Shown piece by piece: positions 39,598-51,804 of a stretch of 64,000 nucleotides of DNA. The notes under the pieces are model-generated. The model was not told the DNA's origin and searched no databases. It worked only from the letters and a program-made list of their open reading frames with translations. Every line of letters begins with the position of its first letter. Position 1 is the stretch's first letter. The translations under genes were made by a program, and so were the position numbers. Source of the DNA: Octopus sinensis (taxonomy: Eukaryota); NCBI RefSeq assembly GCF_006345805.1, contig NC_043006.1, positions 44,206,001 through 44,270,000 on the forward strand, in the 5' to 3' direction.

Positions 39598-40527
39598 TGT
39601 GTGTGTGGTGTGTGTGTGTGTGTGTGTGTGCACATGACAGAGAGACAGAGACAGACAGATGGAGAGAGAGAGAGAGGGAGTTCAGTTGTTGTCATTTCAT
39701 ATACATTAATAACAAAGTTGGTAGAAGTACTAATACATTCATGAATGTATTAATGTTGGAAAAAGTTGCTAAAGCCAGCAGAGACTGAAGCTCAGCTAAT
39801 TACAGACAAACTGTTAGTATTGGCTGAAACCCCATGCTTCACACAATCTACTAAAGGAGTATATATACACATCAAAAGATCAAACCAAAAAGAGTAAAAA
39901 AAAAAATTGACACCCCAAAAACCAATACACTTAAAATTAGACGTATGCTGTCAGCAGATCCATAAAAACACCACAGGCTGAAGGGAAATATGGAAAATAA
40001 TTAAACACCTTACATACATACATACATAAATAAATATATACATATATATTTAAACAGCTGACACCTCTCAGAATACATAGACATTTTTGTTTTAGAGTTT
40101 AGCACAGTTAGTCAAGCATACAATGAAAATATGGGGAAAACAGAGGTAAAAGATGTTTCAATTACAAAAGATGCAAACAGAAAGAGATAAAATCACTGCC
40201 ATATGAAATTGATTGACATTAAAAAGGAGGGGAAGAAAAAAAGAAGAAATAATTCAATAAAAACATTTAAAATGTATTTTTGCTTTCCTCCCTTAAGCAA
40301 AATATTTTTCCAAGAAACAGATATATAACTCCTTAGCAGAACTATACGTCTACGTTTGTGAGACTAATTATTAGAGGAGTGAATAAGAGCTTAATAATCT
40401 TTTGTGTTGATACCTAAACTGTTTTCAACATTTGTCCAGTTACATTCAAATGGTATGTTTTTTTTTGTGTGTGTGTATGTGTGTGTGTTTTATAGTTTGT
40501 AAATAAAAGAGAAAAGACAGTACTCAA

Positions 40528-41210
40528 TACATAGAATGGCTGTGTGGCTAAGAAGCTTGCTTTGCAACCATGCAGTTTTAGGTAAAATCCCACCATGTGA
40601 CACCATGAACAAGCATCTTCTACTGCAGTGCTATTCAAAGCGGTGGTCTGTGGACTGGAGCCAGTCCACAGGCCATCAGCTGCCAGTATGCGGCGAGTTT
40701 CCAGAAAAGAAAGAAACATTATAAAATGCTTATGTAATATGGTATTATTTGTTTACAAAATAAATTTAAGATAAAAAAAATTGTCAACTTTTATCATTTT
40801 CATTATGAATATTGTTTCCGGTATAAATTAAGATTACTAAGAAATATTACCGCTACCTGGCACATTGGTAAAAAAAAAAAAAACTGCCAGTACGCCACAT
40901 CCGATAGTTTGAGAAGCACTGTTCTACTGTACTACAGGCCAACAAATGCCTTGTGAGTGAATTCAGTAGATGGAGACTGTGTAGAAGCCCACTATATATT
41001 TATATATGCATGAACTTGTACTTGTTCCCCTGCCCATCACTTGAAAAAGTGTGTTGGGTTGTTTGCCTTTCGGTAACTTAGTAGTTTGGTAAAAATATGA
41101 CCAATAGAATAAGTACTAGACTATGGTTGATCTGTCCAACTAAAACCCATCAAGACGGTGCCCCAGCATGGCCACAGTCCAATGACTGAAACAAGTAAAA
41201 GATAAAAAGA
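40528..41210 (+). mobile_element. SINE family B interrupted by a hAT MITE
   Basis: The SINE core catcttctactg resumes after the MITE as ttctactgtactacaggccaac. Confidence 0.85.
40626..40921. mobile_element. hAT-type MITE with perfect 8-bp TSD
   Basis: TIR cagtgctattcaaagc / agtttgagaagcactg; ttctactg at both 40618-40625 and 40922-40929. Confidence 0.92.
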
Positions 41211-41324
41211 TATAGTTACTTAAATTGAGGATTTGACTGCTACTCAAGCTTCACAATCTTTCAGGCAACTCTAAAATTGAAGAGTATTGAAACTCTTGTG
41301 AAAGTGAAATCCTTTAAATTACAC

Positions 41325-41445
41325 ACTTGATGCCTTTCATGCTTTTGCGGTTGATAAAATAAGTATCAGTTGAGTCCTGAGGTCAATGTAGTCGACTTAC
41401 TCCCTCTCCCTGTACTTAGTGCCAAAATTTCAAAGCAATATTTAT
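41325..41445 (+). mobile_element. SINE family A 3' half
   Basis: gcctttcatgcttttgcggttgataaaataagtatc...gtgccaaaatttcaaagc. Confidence 0.7.
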
Positions 41446-43789
41446 CTTATAATATAGAATAACTGCAATTCAATTTTATAATTTGAATTCCTTTGCCAAG
41501 TGGTGAATTTTGATCTGACACTCCCACAATTTGGTAACTTAAAAGACCCATCCAAAGAAACAAAATAAACTTGCCAACCCCACTAATTTCTTTCTGCCTT
41601 ATTGACGGGTACTCAAAATGCATGCATTTCCTCCAGCTAAGATTTATACCATAAACTATTCCTGTAATAAAACAGCATTGTTGCATTAGATAAAAAGTTG
41701 AAAACCATGTGATTTTGATAAAGGAAGTTCGACTTTAATCCTAATTCACGAAAATGCAAATATGGAGGAAAATATGACATCTGATTGGAGGATTTATGAA
41801 TTCTTAAATAGAGACAGAAGAGAAGAGGTTAACAGTCCAATCAATCATGATGATTCCTCACCAGAAATTGAAAACTAGTTTCATTCGCATTTTAATAATG
41901 AAATATAAAAAGAAAAAGAAAGAAAATAATGAAACAGTAGAAGCATATTCAATCTCAACTTTTCTGTCAATCAAAGCTAGACATCAGGGTATTAAAAATA
42001 TACTGGCACAAATTGATTCATGGAAAATAGATCATCACCACCACCATCATCATCATCATCATAAAATTAGTCTAACATCTGTTTTCCATACTGATACACA
42101 TTGGACAGATCTGCAGATAACTTTATCTCCAACATCCATCAGCCTGTTCCATCCTTGTAGGAGATGATCTTATTAACTTCTCCGAAATCTTCCAATGATT
42201 AGTTTTATCCCAACAACAAAATAACTGCCTATTCACTGCACACTGCTCATACAGTTCAAATAAACTTATTTGTTCTGAACAGCATTCCAGCTATTATTAT
42301 CTTTTTGTTTTGTTTTGTTTTGTTTTATTGTTGTTGTTGCTGCAAGACATACACTTTATCTCATCGAGACAGGAATTCTAAAATACCAGATACAGAAGCT
42401 ACTCATTTCTTCTATATCAGAATAAAGTGCTGCTAAAGTGAATATATAAATTTGTTGTTGCAGGTATCCAAAATACTTCTAATTGAGCATCACATGAATA
42501 TCTAACCAAACCCCGATCTTTGAGTGCATCTCAACATAACCATCCAGATTATTAGATTCCAACAACCAGTTTTATTGCGTCATACATAAATGGAGGCTTT
42601 TAAAGCTTCCTCACAAACACTAGGTAATCCCACAAAGACCTATAAATCATGGGACCTTTGACCTTTCAGGCAACAATAACCTCCTCACATTGTCTCCCTC
42701 TCTCTCTCACTCCAATTACAATCAGCCTGTAACCATGACAGCTCCCTACATATTTACATACCCAACACATTCTACTATTTAATAACAGTAATTCATAACA
42801 TTTAACACCATCAACATCCATAACATAGCTTATCACAAGAAAATAAAGTCACATCATCATTACTTTACATCATAAACAACCAACACCAGAAAACACGCAC
42901 AGCATGCAACCTTCAAGTACTATCTCCAAAGCAGTCCATATTTCAAACATAAAACCCCAAAGTGAGAACTCATCAAGTACAACAATTGCAACACTAGTCA
43001 ATAAAGATACAATATTTACTCTACCTTGAGAAAGCTCACCCTTATTTGAAAAGAGAAACCTCAGATGCAAACATGAGACTAAACTAGAACTAAAATAACT
43101 ACTTGATAGGTAAACCCTGTAAAACAAATTTGCCACAAACCCATTTCTAAGGCTATCGGGCTTCTCCTTATTTTACTAATTCAATAAAGATTCTTCACAT
43201 TAACAAAAGATACAGTCAATTGATTTAACCTCAATATGTTTGATGCGTATTTATCAATATCAAAGAGATGAAACACAAAGTCAACACTGACAGGAAATTT
43301 GAACCCAGAACACAGAGGAAGAACTAAACAGTGCAATGCTTATAATTCAGTGTTTTATTAACTCTACCATTCCACTACTATACTAGCACTATTTGCAAAT
43401 ACTGCAAAACATCATCAAGCACAGCAATTACGTCACTAATCGATAAAGATACTACAGCATATATCATTCACTACAATAAAAAACAAAGAAGGCCCAGGAT
43501 TTAATACAGAGGCTGCAATACAGCAAAAGTCATAACATACTGCTTCCATCAAACACCTTTCAATGCATTTTTTTGTCTCTCTACAATCACTTTGAACTTT
43601 GTTTTTAAAAAAAAAAAGAAGGCAATTTAAAAAAAAAAACTAATAAAATTTCCTAATGTCAGAGCTTGCAAGAGTTATTAAAACTGTCTCTGACATTTTC
43701 AACTCATGCCAAAAAATAAAGCTTCATTATACCGGCTCAACATTTCAATATATTTATCTCTAAGTACAAGGCTACTAAACATTATCATT

Positions 43790-43955
<166 letters not shown>

Positions 43956-44763
43956 TACATAATGTTATTTTTACTGAGTCTGACAGACATTTTAGCAAAT
44001 GCATGACACTAATGCAACAACTGTTAAAAACTGCAGATTATAGCAAAGTTTTAATGTGAATATTTACAAACACATCTTTGTAAGTCCTATTAACATATAA
44101 ATACCTGATGCATTAAGATGATATAAATACAGAACATTATTACAGAAATGGAATAATGACATACAAACAATCTCATCTAACTATTCACTTTATATATATA
44201 TATATTTCTTTTTATAAGCAATCTTCTATAAATCAAGTTTATTTTGTATGTACAAAAGTTGAAATCACATGGTTTTCAACTTTCTCTTTCTAACACAGAG
44301 ATATACAAAACACATATTTGCATTCATATACAGACATACACACAGTCACTAATTTACTTAATTTAGAGAAAATTGTTTATCAAAAAGCCATGAACTAATT
44401 TTGCATGTACACACATATGTCAATACATATGTAGACACACACACGTCTATACATGTGTGCATATATATATATATATTATATATACACACATATATATATA
44501 GACACACACACACACACCTGCATAAGCACGTTATTTATGTCTTTTTGTCATATTTCAGATACACATATTCCACAACACAGTTTGTATTCATAAAGACAAA
44601 AAAAAACTAGCTCATTAAATGAAATTATTTAGCAGATAGTAAACAAAAATTTGTGTATTGTTATCTTAATGAATGAGACAAAGAAGATATCTTGACTCTA
44701 GTAGAGTGAGAAACACACACACACACACACACACAAACACACACGCAGGATAATCTAATGTGG

Positions 44764-44820
<57 letters not shown>
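44764..44820. repeat. (GTA)n microsatellite
   Basis: Directly visible; explains the poly-S, poly-T and poly-L ORFs here. Confidence 0.95.
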
Positions 44821-45362
44821 AATTTCCCTGCATTCTTATCAGCAAAGTCAGATGTTTTATTGAACAGAAGAGTAGCATGAAGTTCCTGACATGTGGTGTG
44901 AAGGCTTATCATCATTACAGAACTAAACGAGAAACAATAAATAACCAACAACATAAATGTAATAATACACCAAAGTATTAACAGGAAGGGATAGATTGGA
45001 TTTTTGAGGGGTGGGGGGTCTTTTTCTTTTTCTTTTTTTTTTTTCTCTATTGGCCTCTCCACTGATTTTCCATTCACCTTGTGGCTTATTCTCAAGCCAG
45101 AACATATATACATATAATGCTTTCACTTATTGTGTACTGTAACTATGTTTTGGCACTGCCTTCAAAAATAGAGTCAATTATATCAACTGTCTAGTACTCA
45201 GCTGGTACATATTTTATCAACCTTGAAAAGATGAAAGGCAACACCAACTTGGGCAAGATTTGAATGCAGAGCATAAAAGGACATAACCATATACGACCAC
45301 GCATTCTGTTTGATGGTCTACTGGTTCTGACAGCCACCACATTATATGTATATCTACATGTG

Positions 45363-45399
<37 letters not shown>

Positions 45400-45408
<9 letters not shown>

Positions 45409-45681
45409 CTTGTTTCAGTCATTTGACTGCAGCCGTGCTGGAGCAGCACCTTTAGTCAAACAAATCGACCCCAGGACTCTTTCTTTGTAAGCCTAGTATT
45501 TATTCTATTGGTCTCTTTTGCTGAACCACTAAGTTACAGGAATGTAAACACACCAGCATCAGTTGTCAAGCGATGTTGGGGGGACAAACACAGACACACA
45601 AGCACATACACATACATACATATATATACATATATACGATGGGTTTCTTTCAGTTTCTGTCTACCAAATCCACTCACAAGG
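45400..45681 (-). mobile_element. SINE family B 3' portion
   Basis: Tail to ...ccactcacaagg, then joined to a D-type head fragment (45682-45785). Confidence 0.87.
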
Positions 45682-46052
45682 TGTTTTGCTCATAAACACA
45701 CACATCACCCTGTCTGAGATTTGAACCCACGAGCCCTCAACCATGAGTCCCCTGCTCTAACCACTAGGCCATGTGCCTCCACAAACGATTATATTAGTGT
45801 AAATTGTTTGTTTGGTCATTCTACATCTGATTTTCCATCTTAGCATGGGTTAGACAAGTAAATTGTTGAGGCATCGTTTTACAGCTAGACACCCTTCCCG
45901 GTTGCTAAGCCTTATCTGTATTTCACGTAAGACCCCCTTATTTCACATATTTCTGAAGGCACAAAGTCAGGACAACAATTTCACCATTTCTCAGGGAAAT
46001 GCATATGTAAGAATGCACAGACACTCATATGTACACAAATATATATACATAT

Positions 46053-46269
46053 ATTCTTTTCTACTCAATGTAAAAGGCCCAAAATTTGGGGGGAGGGGTC
46101 CAGTCAAATGGATCATCCCCAGTACGCAACTAGTACTTAATTTATCAACCTCAAAAGGATGAAAGGCAAAGTTGACCTTGGCGGAATTTGAACTCAGAAC
46201 GTAAAGACAGAAGAAATACCGCTAAGCATTTCACCCAGTGTGCTAACATTTCTGTCAGCTCGCCACCTT
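46053..46269 (-). mobile_element. SINE family A
   Basis: Complete family A sequence. Confidence 0.88.
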
Positions 46270-46295
46270 CTTTCTTATTTCAAATTTTTGCCACA

Positions 46296-46660
46296 ACATA
46301 GGAGTGGCTGTGGTTCCAGTGTTCATTCCCACTGCGTGGCACCTTGGTTAAGTATCTTCTACTATAACCTCGGGTCGACCAAAGCCTTGTGAGTGGATTT
46401 GGTAGACAGAAACTGAAAGAAACCCATCGTATATATGTATATATATATGTATGTATGTGCTTGTGTGTCTATGTTTGTCCTCCCAACATCGCTTGACAAC
46501 CGATGCTGGTGTGTTTACGTCCCCCGTAACTTAGCAGTTCGGCAAAAGAGACCGATAGAATAAGTACTAGGCTTACAAAGAATAAGTCCTGGGGTCGAAT
46601 TGCTCGACTAAGATCAGTGCTCCAGCATGGCCACAGTCAAATGACAAAAGAGTAAAAGAG
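46296..46660 (+). mobile_element. Young SINE family B
   Basis: CpG-retaining; small deletion in the head. Confidence 0.9.
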
Positions 46661-46670
46661 TATATATATA

Positions 46671-46905
46671 TCATCATCATCATCATTTAACGTCCGTTTT
46701 CCGCGCTAGCACGGGTTGGACGGTTCGACCGGGGTCTGGGGACTCGGGACTGCCCCAGGCTCCAGTCTAGTCTGGCAGTGTTCTACAGCTGGATGCCCTT
46801 CCTAACGCCAACCACTCCGCGAGTGTAGTGGGGTGTTTTTTACGTGCCACCTGCACAGGTGCCAGAGGGGTCTGGCATCGGCCACGTTCGGATGGTGCTT
46901 TTATG
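46671..46905 (-). mobile_element. Young RTE 3'-tail insertion (family C)
   Basis: (CAT)n then ttaacgtccgttttcc...ggatgcccttcctaacgccaaccactcc. Confidence 0.88.
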
Positions 46906-47708
46906 TGGGGGGGGGGAGAGAAAATATAGGGGAGCACCAGTGGGGAGGGGTGGTTCAGAGAAATGATGACAGGTTTAGGCAAGTAGAACGTAGGATATCA
47001 GAGAGGGGTAATGCATGGTCAAATAGCGTATTGAAGGGGGGTGGCGTTCGAAGAGTAGACACCTATAATGGTGGTGGGAGAAGCGACATCCGGTATAGAT
47101 GGAGCAAAAATATAGAGATATCCGGTATTGGTGGTGGGGGTGGGCAAGGGCGGGTGCACCCGGGAATATGACGGGCTGGCCTTAAAATGCTTAGCAAAGG
47201 AAGAGGGGGGATGGCAGACAACGTAAAAGAGGGAGAGAGAGAAGGGAAATAGTGGAACCCCGCGAAAATGGGCCGCCATTGAAAAAACCCCTGTATGGAG
47301 AAATATATGCAATACAAGGCGAAGCTGAAAATAGTAATAATATAATAATAATAATAATAATATAATAATAATAATAATAATAATAAGCAAATTTTCGACC
47401 GAGGATCAAGGGACAATACTAATACTACTAATAATAGTAATAATAAATAATAAACAGCTCAACCACAACATTAGATTAGAAAGACTCTCTTATCTTGGGA
47501 ACATTTCGTTCTTCGGCCTGACACGGGAATATGACGGGCTGGCTTAAAAATGCTCTTAGCAAAGGAAGAGGGGGGATGGCAGACAACGTAAAGAGGGAAG
47601 AGAGAAGGAAATAGTGGAACCCCGCGAAAATGGGCCGCCATTGAAAAAACCCCTGTATGGAGAAATAATATGCAATACAAGGCGAAGCTGAAAAAGTAAT
47701 AATAATAA

Positions 47709-47740
<32 letters not shown>
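46906..47740. mobile_element. Unclassified CpG-rich element with 171-bp direct repeat, each copy followed by (TAA)n
   Basis: 47161-47331 is nearly identical to 47524-47694; GC/CpG content is far above background; no match to other repeats in the window. Its identity as a mobile element is inference. Confidence 0.5.
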
Positions 47741-47742
<2 letters not shown>

Positions 47743-47989
47743 TATATATATATATGTGTGTGTACAAAAAACAACAAAAAACCCTACATATATATATTAT
47801 ATATAATATATATATAATATATATATAATATATATATATAGATAGATAGATAGAGAGAGAGAGAAACATATAATATGACCTTCTAATTAAATTAATAAAT
47901 GGAGGGGCTCCCATATTACAAATAAATTACAAGAATATTAATAAACTCATTATAGGATTATAATTAATTATACCCCCACATAAAAACAA

Positions 47990-48181
47990 ATATTGGTTTC
48001 AAATCTTTTGCACAAGTCCAGTTAATTCAGAGGAGGGGGTAAGTCAATTACATCGACCCCCCCAGTGTTCAATTGGTACTTCTTTTATTGAGCCCGAATT
48101 CGAATTCAGAACATGAAGACGGACAAAATGCTGCTAAGCATTTCGCTCGGCATGCTAATGATTCTGTCAGCTCACTGCCTT
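47990..48181 (-). mobile_element. SINE family A
   Basis: Family A body and head. Confidence 0.83.
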
Positions 48182-48601
48182 GATTATATCTATTAAATAT
48201 TAGTGGGTTGCACAAACTATTCGTAAAAACTGGATTTACCGGACATTTCCCTATGATAAGCTTTTGGGGGTGGGGGTGCAGGTCTAAAAGTTCATACTCA
48301 GTGACTGTAACAACCACTTGTGATAATTCACTTCAAGATAGCATTAAAATAACTACTTGTATTATTATTGCTTTTAGTTTCAAGGTCAATAGTGTTTATC
48401 TTTTTACAGTCCAAGTGTGCAATAGTAACTATACTCGAAATTGTGAATTTTGTTTTGTTTCTATTTTTAAATGATTTTTTAAATTTTTTTATCATCTTAC
48501 TCTAAAGGATTGGATGACTCTGAAATTACTGTTGTTTTTTGTCAGTTGCTGGTTCCCTTTTTTGGGGAGGGGGGATTACTTTAAATGTTTATGTTTTCCA
48601 T

Positions 48602-48945
48602 CTAAAACTGAGGCTAGTTAACTGCTACATCATGCTAATTGGCCTCTACAAGACAAGAACTTGGACAGTGTACACCAGCTACGGAGCAAAGGATGTGGAC
48701 CTTTTGCAGATTGGATAGGATAAGCTGAAAAGACAGGGTAACAAATACTGCAATGCTAGAATCAAATCCACAAAGCTGTCATATTTTGGGCACCATGAAT
48801 CACTGTCTCAGACCATTTTGTGTTGAGGGAAAGAGAACAAGAGGTTGTCAAAGAGATTCATGGACTGAAGACATCAAAGAATGGACTGGAAACAAAGCCC
48901 TGGCTGATTGTATACATGCAGCACAACACAGTAAGTTTTGGCAAG
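48602..48945 (+). mobile_element. Decayed RTE (BovB-like) LINE ORF2 C-terminus
   Basis: KLRLVNCYI..GLY..TWTV...RIS*KDRVTN...KLSYFGH..SLSQTIL / VEGKRTRGCQRDSWTEDIKEWTG matches RTE ORF2 end motifs. Confidence 0.8.
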
Positions 48946-49493
48946 CCAACCCCAGGACGCAGGGAGGGCACCTGGCTGATGATATTTCCCATTATACAAT
49001 CATCTAGCACTGTAAAGCATAGAATTCAACAATTTTCTTCAAACTCATATTACTGTAATTATAATGAGAGCAACAACAATGTGTGTTCCCAAATGGTTAT
49101 AGAATCCATGCAAATGGGACCAGGTCTGAATTTCTCGTATGGTAACTACCCTTTTATCAATCTCTGGTGAATAACCATACTTGACATTGAGTAATATTAT
49201 ATTTTCTTTTCATACAGTTTAAGAAACTAGTAAAATTACTTTAACAATCTCCATATTCACCAGCTACCAAGTTACCCCTTTATCTACCATAACCTAAACT
49301 AAATCCAGTTACATCAAAGACTCACAAAAGAAGCACTATTGCTTATATAACAGAACATCGAAAGGTTAAGAACTCATGAAAAATAAAACCTATCCAACAC
49401 TTGATATTTCAACATTGAAATGAAAATTTGGTTAGTATATTTCCCAGTAACATTTAAAATAAAACTCAATTCATGTCAAGCAGGTAGCTTTCT

Positions 49494-49908
49494 TATTTCT
49501 TTATTGCCCACAAAGGGCTAAACATAAAGGGGACAAACAAGGACAGACAAAGGGATTAAGTCGATTAGATCAACCCCAGTGCGTAACTGTTACTTAATTT
49601 ATCAACCCCAAAAGGATGAAAGCAAAGTCGACCTCAGCAGAATTTGAACTCAGAACGTAAAGACAGATGAAATACCTATTTTTTTACTACCCACAAGGGG
49701 CTAAACACAGAGGGGACAAACAAGGACACAAAACGGATTAAGTCGATTATATCGACCCCAGTGCGTAACTGGTACTTAATTTATCGACCCCGAAAGGATG
49801 AAAGGTAAAGTCAACCTCGGTGGAACTTGAACTCAGAACGTAACGACAGATGAAATACGACTAAGCATTTCGCCTGGCGTGCTAACGTTTCTGCCAGCTC
49901 GCCGCCTT
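49494..49908 (-). mobile_element. Head-to-tail dimer of SINE family A (alternative-tail subfamily)
   Basis: Full monomer 49676-49908 plus a head-less monomer 49494-49676. Confidence 0.88.
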
Positions 49909-50274
49909 TAAGCAGAAAGCATATAGCTTTCTGCCTACCCTACCCCTCCCCCACCGCATTCAATGCACAATAAACTATTATTTATGGCCAAATTGGCATC
50001 AAGATACATCAATAGTAAAAACTTAGTAACATATTTCTCAATACTGCCACATATGAATTCTAAATGTAAACACTTTTTCAGTGGTAAGATTTGTGTTTAC
50101 TTTGATGGAAGAAAGATGGAGGTTTCTTCAGTGTAATTGGTAACGTGTGTTTGAGTTACAGAATACGTGTAGGTAACTTTCTACCCTTTTTCCATCCAAG
50201 TGTTTCTGATCCCATATATCATAAACTGATGTAGATGAATTTGATACAAGACACATCATTAATAAAAACCCCTT

Positions 50275-50615
50275 TCTTTGTTTCAGTCATTGGACTGTGG
50301 ACATGCTGGGGCATTGCCTTGAATGGTCTAGTTAAACAAATCAACCCCAAGATCTATTTTTTCTAAAGTCTGAACCACTAAATTATGGGGACTGGGGACA
50401 AACAAAAATACAAAGGGCCCCCTTCACATGCACATATATATATATATATGCAATGGGCTTCCACACAGTTTCTAATTACCAATGTTTACTAACAAGGCAC
50501 AGATGGCTTGGGGCTATAGTAGAAGACACTTGCCCAAGGTGCCATGCAGTGGGCTTGAACTCAAAACCACATGGTTGCAAAATAAACTTCTTAACCACAC
50601 AGCCATGCCTGTGCC
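50275..50615 (-). mobile_element. SINE family B (internally deleted)
   Basis: ttcagtcattggactgtgg...gacacttgcccaaggtgccatgc...aaccacacagccatgcc. Confidence 0.8.
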
Positions 50616-50816
50616 TATTTTTAAAACTTGAAAAAAATATTTAAAAATACATGATGGATTGAAAAAATGTTCAAAAAAAAATTAAAAGATATCAGTTTTT
50701 CACAATAAAACCTTAATATAAAATTAAATGAAAGAACATATAAGTTGATATTGGTAATATTTGAAGGTTAGTAAATTTGAAATATTTATCAACTCAATAC
50801 CTCAGAAGAAAAATTA

Positions 50817-51717
50817 CATCATCATCATCATCATCATCATTTAGCGTCCGTTTTCCATGCTAGCATGGGTTGGACGGTTCTACTGGGGTCTGTGAAGCCA
50901 GAAGGCTTCATCAGGCCCAGTCAAATCTGGCAGTGTTTCTACGGCTGGATGCCCTTCCTAACGCCAACCACTCCGTGAGTGTAGTGGGTGCTTTTTACGT
51001 GCCACCCGCACTGGTGCCAGACAGAGCTGGCAAACGGCCACGAACGGATGGTGCTTTTTATGTGCCACCGGCACGAGGGCCAGGCGAGGCTGGCAACGGA
51101 CACGAAACGGGGCGGTGCTGGCAACGGACACGAAACGGGGCGGTGCTGGCAACGGTCGCGAAACGGAAAGTTCTTTTACATGCCACCGGCACTGGTAACA
51201 CATCTGCAATTTCCATTGATCGATTTCCATTGATCGATTTCGATTCTGATCCTCACTTGCCTCAATGGGTCTTCACAAGTAGAGTTTCGACATGCCACCG
51301 GCACTGGTAGCACATCCGCAATTTCCATTGATCGATTCGATTCTGATCCTCACTTGCCTCAACACGTCTTCACAAGTAGAGTTTTGTGTCCCAAGAAGGG
51401 AAGGTATGCATACGTAGGCTGGCTCCATCCCATGTAGAAGGCCACGGGTTGTGGACTCACTTGTCCTGCCGGGTCTTCTCGCGCACAGCACACTTCCAGA
51501 GGTCTCGGTCTCTAGTCATTTCCTCAGTGAGACCTAAAGTTCGAAGGTCGTGCTTCACCACCTCGTCCCAGGTTTTCCTGGGTCTGCCTCTTCCACAGGT
51601 TCCCTCAACCGCTAGGGTGTGGCACTTTTTCACACAACTATCTTCATCCATTCTCGCCACATGACCATACCAGCGCAAACGTCTCTCTTGCACACCACAA
51701 CTGATGCTTCTTATATA
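50817..51717 (-). mobile_element. Young 5'-truncated RTE-clade LINE (ORF2 C-terminus, 3' UTR, (GAT)n tail)
   Basis: ORF 51457-51693: QERRLRWYGHVARMDEDSCVKK...EGTCGRGRPRKTWDEVVKHDL...RDRDLWK is a typical RTE ORF2 end; the UTR matches all family C copies. Confidence 0.92.
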
Positions 51718-51804
51718 TCATAAATGATTTCTTCCATTTTGACTAAATACAAAGCCTTTTGTTGGTGGAAAAGTATAGTTAATTGTGTTCCACAGATATG
51801 CAAA

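Noticed and set aside
41447-43136. Minus-strand acceptor-like sites opening hydrophobic ORFs (also at 52.6-52.8, 59.6-59.7 and 61.1-61.2 kb)
   Set aside because: T-rich DNA naturally translates to F/L/I/V-rich peptides; donors are weak or stops follow; no family match.
44661-45126. The longest ORFs in the track (up to 150 aa) with poly-T/S/L runs
   Set aside because: Driven by (GTA)n and (CA)n microsatellites; no domain signal.
47495-47530. Minus-strand ccgaagaacgaaa resembling a hammerhead core (CUGANGA...GAAA)
   Set aside because: It has CCGA instead of CUGA, no stem II, and I could not pair stems I or III.
47019-47914. Overlapping 70-147 aa ORFs in the unclassified element
   Set aside because: They begin in (TAT)n microsatellites and differ by frameshifting indels between the two repeat copies; only a vague endonuclease-like stretch (TTIIGVYS) interrupted by stops is present.
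51090-51385. Repeat array that superficially resembles CRISPR repeats
   Set aside because: The repeats are contiguous with no unique spacers and no cas genes; they lie in a eukaryotic LINE 3' UTR.
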